This document shows positions 1 to 6,754 of a stretch of 27,570 nt of DNA, one piece after another (position 1 is the stretch's first letter; every line of letters starts with the position of its first letter). The notes beneath the pieces were generated by a model. That model did no database searches, was not told the origin of the DNA, and was given only the letters and a program-made list of their open reading frames with translations. The position numbers and the translations under genes are program-made. This stretch comes from a virus (Duplodnaviria > Caudoviricetes): positions 1 through 27,570 of the IMG/VR virus record IMGVR_UViG_3300020388_000687; one strand, 5' to 3'.

Positions 1-1
1 A

Positions 2-133
2 CGATCTTTCACCAGATCTTGGACATTGGCAGAGGACACGGAAGTTAGATCAGTTGAATTTGAGGATGGGTTGTTAAGTATTGTTCTGGGAAGAATTGTG
101 CCCGAACATCATCAAAAGAAGGTCTGGTTCTGA
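2..133 (+). CDS. hsp20: Small heat-shock protein Hsp20, C-terminal fragment (5' truncated by window)
   Basis: Manual translation RSFTRSWTLAEDTEVRSVEFEDGLLSIVLGRIVPEHHQKKVWF* contains the alpha-crystallin F.R...L / DGLL.I motifs. Position upstream of gp43 is typical of cyanomyoviruses. Confidence 0.9.
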   Translation, partial: RSFTRSWTLAEDTEVRSVEFEDGLLSIVLGRIVPEHHQKKVWF

Positions 134-186
134 TACGCTAACTGATTTTTGATACGGTTGATACAGAAGTGTATCACTGTGATACA
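131..186. promoter_or_regulatory. Array of TGATAC/GTATCA half-sites including the perfect palindrome TGTATCAC-T-GTGATACA (putative transcription-factor operator)
   Basis: TGATAC at 131, 150, 159 and 180; TGTATCA at 170; palindrome at 170-186; TATAAT at 197-202 downstream. Confidence 0.55.
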
Positions 187-226
187 GTATACTCTATATA
201 ATTATGTAATCGATTATGAGGTATCA

Positions 227-310
227 ATGAACTTCACTACCACTGCCTTAGCAGCTGGAACTCTAATGACTATTTTTATTGGAGTTCCTATTACTACATT
301 CGTTTCTTAG
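227..310 (+). CDS. 27-aa hydrophobic micro-protein MNFTTTALAAGTLMTIFIGVPITTFVS
   Basis: GAGG Shine-Dalgarno at 218-221, ATG 227, TAG 308-310. One hydrophobic helix. Below the ORF-track size cutoff. Confidence 0.55.
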   Translation: MNFTTTALAAGTLMTIFIGVPITTFVS

Positions 311-313
311 AAT

Positions 314-388
314 ATGGAAATCTTAGCAACTCTTGCCATTTTTGGCGTAGTAATGAGTGGAGCATTTGCACTTACCCCTAAAAAATGA
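314..388 (+). CDS. 24-aa hydrophobic micro-protein MEILATLAIFGVVMSGAFALTPKK
   Basis: ATG 3 nt after the previous stop; TM-like core with basic C-terminus; TGA 386-388. Confidence 0.55.
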   Translation: MEILATLAIFGVVMSGAFALTPKK

Positions 389-389
389 A

Positions 390-459
390 TACTAAATAAA
401 ATTGAATATCGTCGTCGCAGAGGACAACTGGCAAAATCCAGTAAGTCCTCTATTTTTTT
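390..459 (+). repeat. Copy 1 of ~70-nt direct repeat: late-promoter box CTAAATA + structured RNA/terminator
   Basis: 33 of the first 34 nt are identical to 1694-1727. Hairpin AGAGGAC(419-425)/GTCCTCT(445-451) with inner ACTGG-CAAAAT-CCAGT, followed by a T-run. Confidence 0.9.
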
Positions 460-469
460 GGAGATTATT

Positions 470-1699
470 ATGAGTTTACAAGTCAACGATTCATTAGTTC
501 AGGGATTTATTCAAAAAGAATTAGAGAGACAACAGAATCATCTAGAGATGATTGCTAGTGAGAACTTTACGTCTCTTGATGTGATGGAAGCTCAGGGTTC
601 AATTCTTACTAATAAGTATGCTGAAGGATTGCCTGGTAAAAGATATTATGGTGGATGTGAATGGGTTGACCAAATTGAAGATCTAGCAAGAGAAAGAGTA
701 AAAAAACTATTCAACGCTGAGTGGGCAAATGTCCAACCTCATAGTGGAGCACAAGCAAATGCTGCTGTATTTCTTGCTCTTCTGAAACCAGGAGACACTG
801 TTCTATCTCTTGATCTATCTCATGGTGGTCATCTATCCCACGGATCAAAAGTTAATATGTCGGGTAAGTGGTTCAATGTTTGCCACTATGAAGTTGATGA
901 GACTGGTAGATTGGACTATGATAGGATATTAGAACTTGCAAAGGAGTGTAAACCACAACTTATCATCTGTGGATTCTCTGCATACACTAGAACGATTGAT
1001 TTTAGTAAGTTTAGAAATATTGCTGATGAAGTTGGATCATACCTATTAGCAGACATTGCACATATTGCAGGATTGGTTGCTTCGGGTGTTCATCCATCAC
1101 CACTTCCATATGCAGATGTAGTTACCACAACAACTCACAAGACTCTGAGAGGTCCTAGAGGTGGGTTGATTATGTCTAATGATGTAGAGATGGGTAAGAG
1201 GTTAGACAAGGCAGTATTTCCAGGAACTCAGGGTGGTCCATTGGAACACGTAATTGCTGCAAAAGCAGTTGCATTCGGTGAGGCACTTAAACCAGAATTC
1301 AGAGAATATTGTCTTCAAGTTGTTGCTAATGCAAAATCTCTTGGTCGTAGATTAATTGAAAATGGTATCAATATTGTGTCTGGTGGAACAGATAATCATA
1401 TTGTTCTGCTTGATTTGAGAAGTCTAGGAATCACGGGTAAGTTTGCTGATCAACTTGTGAGTGAAATTAATATCACTGCGAACAAAAATACAGTTCCTTT
1501 TGATCCTGAGTCTCCCTTCGTTACCAGTGGATTACGTTTAGGCACTGCTGCTCTTACTACTAGAGGGTTTGATGAAAACGACTTTGTTGAAGTTGCTGAT
1601 ATTATTGCAAGTCGATTAAACAACTATGAGCAAGATGGGAATAAAGAAGAATGCCTAAGAAGAGTGTCTAAACTTTGTAAAGGTAATCCTCTCTACTAA
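470..1699 (+). CDS. glyA: Serine hydroxymethyltransferase (auxiliary metabolic gene)
   Basis: Motifs [55 protein letters not shown] (PLP lysine), [20 protein letters not shown]. Start taken at ATG 470 with GGAG SD at 460-463. Confidence 0.97.
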   Translation: MSLQVNDSLVQGFIQKELERQQNHLEMIASENFTSLDVMEAQGSILTNKYAEGLPGKRYYGGCEWVDQIEDLARERVKKLFNAEWANVQPHSGAQANAAVFLALLKPGDTVLSLDLSHGGHLSHGSKVNMSGKWFNVCHYEVDETGRLDYDRILELAKECKPQLIICGFSAYTRTIDFSKFRNIADEVGSYLLADIAHIAGLVASGVHPSPLPYADVVTTTTHKTLRGPRGGLIMSNDVEMGKRLDKAVFPGTQGGPLEHVIAAKAVAFGEALKPEFREYCLQVVANAKSLGRRLIENGINIVSGGTDNHIVLLDLRSLGITGKFADQLVSEINITANKNTVPFDPESPFVTSGLRLGTAALTTRGFDENDFVEVADIIASRLNNYEQDGNKEECLRRVSKLCKGNPLY

Positions 1700-1764
1700 A
1701 TAAAATTGAATATCGTCGCCGCAGAGGGGCAACTGGCACAATCCAGTTGACGCCCCTCTTTTTT
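1694..1764 (+). repeat. Copy 2 of ~70-nt direct repeat: late-promoter box + structured RNA/terminator
   Basis: AGAGGGGC(1723-1730)/GCCCCTCT(1752-1759) with inner AACTGG-CACAAT-CCAGTT and a T-run. The glyA stop TAA lies inside CTAAATA. Confidence 0.9.
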
Positions 1765-1775
1765 CTTGCTATAAT
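1747..1775 (+). promoter_or_regulatory. sigma70-type (early/middle) promoter
   Basis: TTGACG(1747-1752)-N17-TATAAT(1770-1775) with extended -10 TG. Confidence 0.8.
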
Positions 1776-1796
1776 GACTGGACAGCAGATCTGACT

Positions 1797-2111
1797 ATGA
1801 GTGTAAAATTAGCATTATTGAAATCGGGCGAGGTTCTGATTTCTGATATCAAAGAGCTTGTTGATGAAAACAAAGTTATTGGATATCTATTTAATAAACC
1901 TAAGAAAGTTGATATGTCTACTCCGATGTTTCTTTCCGAAGAAGTATCTAATCAAACTTCTGTTGAGGTTTCCCTTTCATCTTGGTTTATGATTACTGAT
2001 GATGAAGAATTTGCTATTCCAAAAGATTGGATTGTTACTGTGATGAATCCAGTTGATAGAGTTTTGGCAATGTATGAAAAATATACTGATGGAGAATCAG
2101 AAAATGATTAA
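1797..2111 (+). CDS. Conserved cyanophage hypothetical protein (small beta-rich, possibly Sm-like)
   Basis: 104-aa ORF; VKLALLKSGEVLIS N-terminus typical of genes between hsp20 and gp43. Confidence 0.75.
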   Translation: MSVKLALLKSGEVLISDIKELVDENKVIGYLFNKPKKVDMSTPMFLSEEVSNQTSVEVSLSSWFMITDDEEFAIPKDWIVTVMNPVDRVLAMYEKYTDGESEND

Positions 2112-2349
2112 GTGTTTGTTACTGAAAACAGGAATTACAGTAGTATCTGAGATGCTTGAAGTTGGTGCCGAAGTTGGTGAACCAGACTGTCGCCTTGTAA
2201 ATCCTTGTGAAATTGGTGAGAATGGTCAGTTGAGTCGTTGGCCATCTTGCACGGATCAAAGATCTCTCATGCTGGGATCTGATAATTTTATAACGATTGT
2301 TGATCCATCCGAACAAGTTATGAAACAGTATAAGGAGGTTGTTGGATGA
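2104..2349 (+). CDS. Conserved cyanophage hypothetical protein, probable paralogue of the previous gene
   Basis: Start re-assigned to ATG 2104 (MIKCLLLKTGITVVSE), with GGAG upstream and overlap with the previous stop. Confidence 0.7.
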   Translation: MIKCLLLKTGITVVSEMLEVGAEVGEPDCRLVNPCEIGENGQLSRWPSCTDQRSLMLGSDNFITIVDPSEQVMKQYKEVVG

Positions 2350-3110
2350 CTTATAAAGTATTGAGTATTGACCTTGATTATATCATGGGTCCTTCAATAG
2401 AAACTTATTCAAATATATTATTTGATGAAGATCCTATGACTAGGTGGAAGCATCTATATGAATATACTCAGTTCCGAGAATCTCAATTTTATGCAGATAC
2501 TTCATCTGTAATTTATTGCTATGATGTATTTTTAAAAGCTTTAAAGAATTGTTCCAATGTTAGTTTTGGATATGAACATGATGAGATTTTATATGAACTC
2601 CAGAGTCATAAAAATATTGATCTAATCAATATTGATCATCATGATGATATCTTCTGTAATGATTTTTCTGATGATTTTCCTGGGGGAGAAAATTTAGAAG
2701 CAGAATATCAAGCACTGAGAATGTTTGATAGAGTGCATGAGGGTAATTGGGGTGCTTGGTTGCATGTAAAAAATAAACTAAACAAGTTTACCTGGATTAC
2801 GAATCCAAACAGTCGTAATTTGCAAAAGAATAGTTTTAATTATGAAGTTTTAGGTGATAAGTATGAAACTTATACTAGAGATAGTTATAAGTTTGAAGAC
2901 TACAAATTTGATTACATCTTTGTATGTCTTTCTCCACAGTATATGCCCCAAGCACACTGGCATTACTTTACAATGTTCATGATGGCGTATGAGACCTACA
3001 CTGGTAATAAGGTGGATGTAAACACCTTTGCCAAGCGAAAGTTCATGCAGGAAAACAAATTTAGTCAAGTAACTGATGCGATTCTACACAAACGTTCAAA
3101 TGGTGGGTAA
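2346..3110 (+). CDS. Hypothetical metal-binding hydrolase, UPF0489/arginase-deacetylase-like
   Basis: Motifs VLSIDLDYIM, YEHDEI, LINIDHHDD, HEGNWG, IFVCLSPQY; ATGA coupling to the upstream gene. Confidence 0.55.
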   Translation: MTYKVLSIDLDYIMGPSIETYSNILFDEDPMTRWKHLYEYTQFRESQFYADTSSVIYCYDVFLKALKNCSNVSFGYEHDEILYELQSHKNIDLINIDHHDDIFCNDFSDDFPGGENLEAEYQALRMFDRVHEGNWGAWLHVKNKLNKFTWITNPNSRNLQKNSFNYEVLGDKYETYTRDSYKFEDYKFDYIFVCLSPQYMPQAHWHYFTMFMMAYETYTGNKVDVNTFAKRKFMQENKFSQVTDAILHKRSNGG

Positions 3111-5577
3111 TAACTTCCTCGTGCGAGGTTATGAAGATGGACGCCACTTCATGACTCGCGAGAAGTTTTATCCAACTCTTTTTGTTAATAGCAAGAAAAA
3201 AACCAAATACAAAACTCTTGAAGGTGAATATGTTGAATCTGTTCAACCAGGAACTGTCCGTGATTGTCGAGAGTTTATTAAAACTTATGATGGTGTAGAG
3301 GGATTTAAGATTTCTGGTAATGAACGTTTTATCTATCAGTATATTTCTGAGAACTATTCTGAAAATGAAATCAAGTTTGATATTAGTAAAGTCAAACTTG
3401 CAACTATCGATATTGAGGTTGCCTCTGAAAATGGATTCCCTGATGTAGAATCTGCTGCTGAGGAAGTCTTACTTATTACTATTCAAGATTACAATACTAA
3501 GGAAATTGTTACCTGGGGGCAAGGACCTTTTAAACTGAAACAAGGTAATCACTACTATAAGCAGTTTAACAATGAGTATGATCTTCTCAATGATTTCATC
3601 AACTGGTGGATGATTGAAGAGAATACTCCTGAGGTTCTGACTGGTTGGAATAGTAAACTGTATGATATTCCATATCTGGTTCGCCGTATGGATAGAATCA
3701 TCGGTGAAAAGTTGATGAAGCGTCTTTCTCCTTGGGGATTGGTAACAGAGCATGAGATCTTTATTGCTGGTAGGAAGCAACTTTCCTATGATATTGGTGG
3801 AATTTCTCAGTTAGATTATCTTGATCTATACAAGAAGTTTACATATAAAGCACAGGAATCTTATCGTTTGGATTACATTGCCAGTGTAGAACTTGGGCAG
3901 AAGAAACTCGATCACTCTGAATTCGACACATTCAAAGATTTTTATACTAAAGGGTGGCAAAAATTTGTAGAATACAATATCATTGACGTGGAACTTGTCG
4001 ACCGTATGGAGGACAAGATGAAACTCATTGAACTCGCTCTTACTATGGCATATGATGCCAAGGTGAATTATGAAGACGTGTTCTCACAAGTTCGTATGTG
4101 GGACACCATCATTTATAATTATTTAAAGAAGAGAAATATTGTTATTCCTCCTAAGGTGCGTTCTGATAAAAATGAAAAGTATGCGGGGGCATATGTCAAA
4201 GAACCGATTCCAGGAAAGTATGATTGGGTGGTTAGTTTTGACCTCAATAGTCTGTATCCCCATCTTATTATGCAATACAACATCTCACCAGAGACGCTTC
4301 AAGATACCAGGCATCCATCAGCAACTGTTGATAAGATACTTGATAAGCAAATAACTTTTGAGATGTATAAGGATAGTGCGGTATGTGCTAATGGTGCCAT
4401 GTATCGTAAAGATGTTCGTGGATTCTTACCAGAACTAATGGAGAAGATATATAAGGATCGAACTGTCTTCAAGAAAAAGATGCTTCAAGCAAAGCAAGAT
4501 TATGAGAAGACTGCAACTAAAGAATTAGAGAAAGAGATTGCTCGGTGTAATAATATTCAGATGGCACGTAAGATTCAACTTAATAGTGCTTATGGTGCTA
4601 TTGGTAATCAGTATTTTAGGTATTACAAACTTGCTAATGCTGAAGCAATTACTCTTTCTGGACAGGTAGCAATTCGTTGGATTGAAAATCGAATGAATAA
4701 GTATCTAAATAATCTTTTGCAAACGGAAGGTGTGGATTATGTCATTGCATCTGACACTGACTCAATCTATCTTAATCTTGGACCTCTTGTTGATAAATTT
4801 TTTAGTGCTAAGTCTAGCGATAAAACAGCAATTGTGGCAATACTTGATAAGATCTGCCAAGAAAAATTTGAACCTTTTATCGAACGTTCATACCAAGAAC
4901 TTGCGGATTATGTTTCGGCGTATGAGCAAAAAATGCAAATGAAGCGTGAGAATATCGCTGAACGTGGTATCTGGACTGCGAAGAAGCGATATATTCTCAA
5001 CGTGTGGAACAGTGAGGGGGTTCAATATACTGAACCTAAACTCAAGATGATGGGTATTGAGGCAGTTAAATCTTCAACTCCAGCGCCTTGTAGGAAGATG
5101 ATTAAAGATGGTCTGAAGTTGATGATGAATGCAACTGAAGAAGATGTTATTGATTTTATTGAAAACTGTCGAACAGAATTCAAGAATCTTCCTCCCGAAC
5201 AGATTGCCTTTCCTAGGACTGCATCTGATGTTCGCAAGTACCATTCACATGCTGATATTTACATGAAGGGAACTCCCATTCATGTTCGTGGTGCTCTTCT
5301 GTTTAATCATTATATAAAAGATAAGAAACTTACAAATAAGTATTCTCTTATTGGTAATGGTGAAAAAATTAAATTCATTTACTTGAAAAAACCAAATATC
5401 ATTCAGGAAAACGTGGTTTCTTTTATCCAAGATTTTCCACATGAACTTGGTCTTGACAAGTATATCGACTATGAACTACAATTCCAAAAGAGTTTTGTAG
5501 AACCACTCAAAGCAATCCTAGATGCGATTGGGTGGAACGTTGAAAAAACTGTAAACCTGGAACTATTTTTTGGATAA
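3076..5577 (+). CDS. gp43: T4-like family B DNA polymerase
   Basis: Exonuclease motifs DIEV and GWNSKLYDIPYL; polymerase motifs SFDLNSLYPH, KIQLNSAYG, SDTDS; C-terminal clamp-binding LELFFG. Confidence 0.98.
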   Translation: MRFYTNVQMVGNNFLVRGYEDGRHFMTREKFYPTLFVNSKKKTKYKTLEGEYVESVQPGTVRDCREFIKTYDGVEGFKISGNERFIYQYISENYSENEIKFDISKVKLATIDIEVASENGFPDVESAAEEVLLITIQDYNTKEIVTWGQGPFKLKQGNHYYKQFNNEYDLLNDFINWWMIEENTPEVLTGWNSKLYDIPYLVRRMDRIIGEKLMKRLSPWGLVTEHEIFIAGRKQLSYDIGGISQLDYLDLYKKFTYKAQESYRLDYIASVELGQKKLDHSEFDTFKDFYTKGWQKFVEYNIIDVELVDRMEDKMKLIELALTMAYDAKVNYEDVFSQVRMWDTIIYNYLKKRNIVIPPKVRSDKNEKYAGAYVKEPIPGKYDWVVSFDLNSLYPHLIMQYNISPETLQDTRHPSATVDKILDKQITFEMYKDSAVCANGAMYRKDVRGFLPELMEKIYKDRTVFKKKMLQAKQDYEKTATKELEKEIARCNNIQMARKIQLNSAYGAIGNQYFRYYKLANAEAITLSGQVAIRWIENRMNKYLNNLLQTEGVDYVIASDTDSIYLNLGPLVDKFFSAKSSDKTAIVAILDKICQEKFEPFIERSYQELADYVSAYEQKMQMKRENIAERGIWTAKKRYILNVWNSEGVQYTEPKLKMMGIEAVKSSTPAPCRKMIKDGLKLMMNATEEDVIDFIENCRTEFKNLPPEQIAFPRTASDVRKYHSHADIYMKGTPIHVRGALLFNHYIKDKKLTNKYSLIGNGEKIKFIYLKKPNIIQENVVSFIQDFPHELGLDKYIDYELQFQKSFVEPLKAILDAIGWNVEKTVNLELFFG
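5453..5482 (+). promoter_or_regulatory. Possible internal sigma70 promoter for the downstream small gene and uvsX
   Basis: TTGACA(5453-5458)-N18-TACAAT(5477-5482) inside the gp43 3' end. Confidence 0.45.
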
Positions 5578-5747
5578 TGGACCTGCCTATTAACGACAAA
5601 GAACTTGGTACTATTATTAGTGCTATGCGTCTCGGAGGAGATGCTGCCCTTTATCAGAAACTGAAGAGGATTAAGGATATCCGCGATGCTAACCCAGGCG
5701 GACCTTACAAAAAAATTGCCCGTGAAGATTATGGAATTGTAATGTAA
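5577..5747 (+). CDS. 56-aa hypothetical protein MDLPINDKELGTIISAMRLGGDAALYQKLK...
   Basis: Exactly fills the gp43-uvsX gap with TAATG stop/start overlaps at both ends; not in the ORF track. Confidence 0.75.
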   Translation: MDLPINDKELGTIISAMRLGGDAALYQKLKRIKDIRDANPGGPYKKIAREDYGIVM

Positions 5748-6754
5748 TGGATTTTTTAAACGAAATTGTAAAAGAGATTGGAGATGACTATACCAAACTG
5801 GCAAAAGACATCGACGACACAGAAACTTACGTGGACACAGGTTCGTACATCTTTAACGGACTCGTTTCAGGTAGTATATTTGGTGGTGTATCTGGGAATA
5901 AGATTACTGCCATTGCTGGGGAGTCTTCTACTGGCAAGACTTTCTTTTCTCTCGCTGTCGTCAAAAACTTTCTTGATTCTAATCCTGACGGATATTGCCT
6001 TTATTTTGACACCGAGGCAGCAGTTAATAAATCTCTTCTCGAAAGCAGAGGAATTGATCTCTCACGTCTGGTCGTGGTTAATGTAGTTACTGTTGAAGAG
6101 TTCCGTAGCAAGGCACTCAAAGCAGTAGATTTATATTTAAAAAAATCTGTAGAAGAGCGCAAACCCTGTATGTTTGTGCTAGACTCTCTGGGGATGCTTT
6201 CCACTGAGAAAGAGATTACTGACACACTCAACGATAAAATGGTTCGGGATATGACTAAATCCCAACTAATCAAAGGTGCGTTCAGAATGCTCACACTCAA
6301 GTTGGGTCAAGCAAACATTCCAATGATTGTTACTAATCACACTTACGATGTTATCGGTGCATATGTTCCAACCAAAGAGATGGGTGGCGGTTCTGGTCTT
6401 AAGTATGCGGCGTCCACGATTATTCACCTTACTAAAAAAAAGGAGAAGGATGGAACAGAAATCATTGGAAACCTTATCAAGGCAAAGACTGCTAAGTCGC
6501 GTTTAAGCAAGGAGAATCAAAATGTCACGGTGCGTCTTTATTACGATGAGCGTGGTCTTGATCGATATTATGGTCTTCTTGAACTCGGTGAGATTGGCGG
6601 ACTTTGGAAAAATGTAGCAGGTCGTTATGAGATAGATGGCAAGAAAGTATATGCCAAGGCGATCTTGAAAGATCCCGAAACTTACTTCACCCCAGAGGTG
6701 ATGGAAAAACTGGACACTATTGCAAGAGAAACTTATTCTTATGGAGCGAATTGA
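5747..6754 (+). CDS. uvsX: RecA-like recombinase UvsX
   Basis: Walker A GESSTGKT, YFDTEAA, VLDSLGML, MGGGSGLKYAAS. Confidence 0.96.
   Translation: MDFLNEIVKEIGDDYTKLAKDIDDTETYVDTGSYIFNGLVSGSIFGGVSGNKITAIAGESSTGKTFFSLAVVKNFLDSNPDGYCLYFDTEAAVNKSLLESRGIDLSRLVVVNVVTVEEFRSKALKAVDLYLKKSVEERKPCMFVLDSLGMLSTEKEITDTLNDKMVRDMTKSQLIKGAFRMLTLKLGQANIPMIVTNHTYDVIGAYVPTKEMGGGSGLKYAASTIIHLTKKKEKDGTEIIGNLIKAKTAKSRLSKENQNVTVRLYYDERGLDRYYGLLELGEIGGLWKNVAGRYEIDGKKVYAKAILKDPETYFTPEVMEKLDTIARETYSYGAN

Noticed and set aside
170-186. Canonical NtcA site
   Set aside because: Spacing is GTA-N9-TAC rather than N8, and the distance to TATAAT does not fit the class II activator geometry. Kept only as an unknown operator.
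398-469. Known glycine, THF or ZTP riboswitch upstream of glyA
   Set aside because: Too short, lacks consensus features I can recognise, and the same element occurs downstream of glyA in front of unrelated genes.
458-469. ORF-track TTG start of glyA (and extended starts at 2053, 6720, 9682, 16069, 16275, 17676, 20993, 21289, 23504, 27090)
   Set aside because: Downstream ATGs have better SD or stop-start coupling and more typical N-termini.
390-1764. CRISPR array or IS/transposon ends
   Set aside because: Only two direct copies 1.3 kb apart, with no spacers, no terminal inverted repeats and no transposase.
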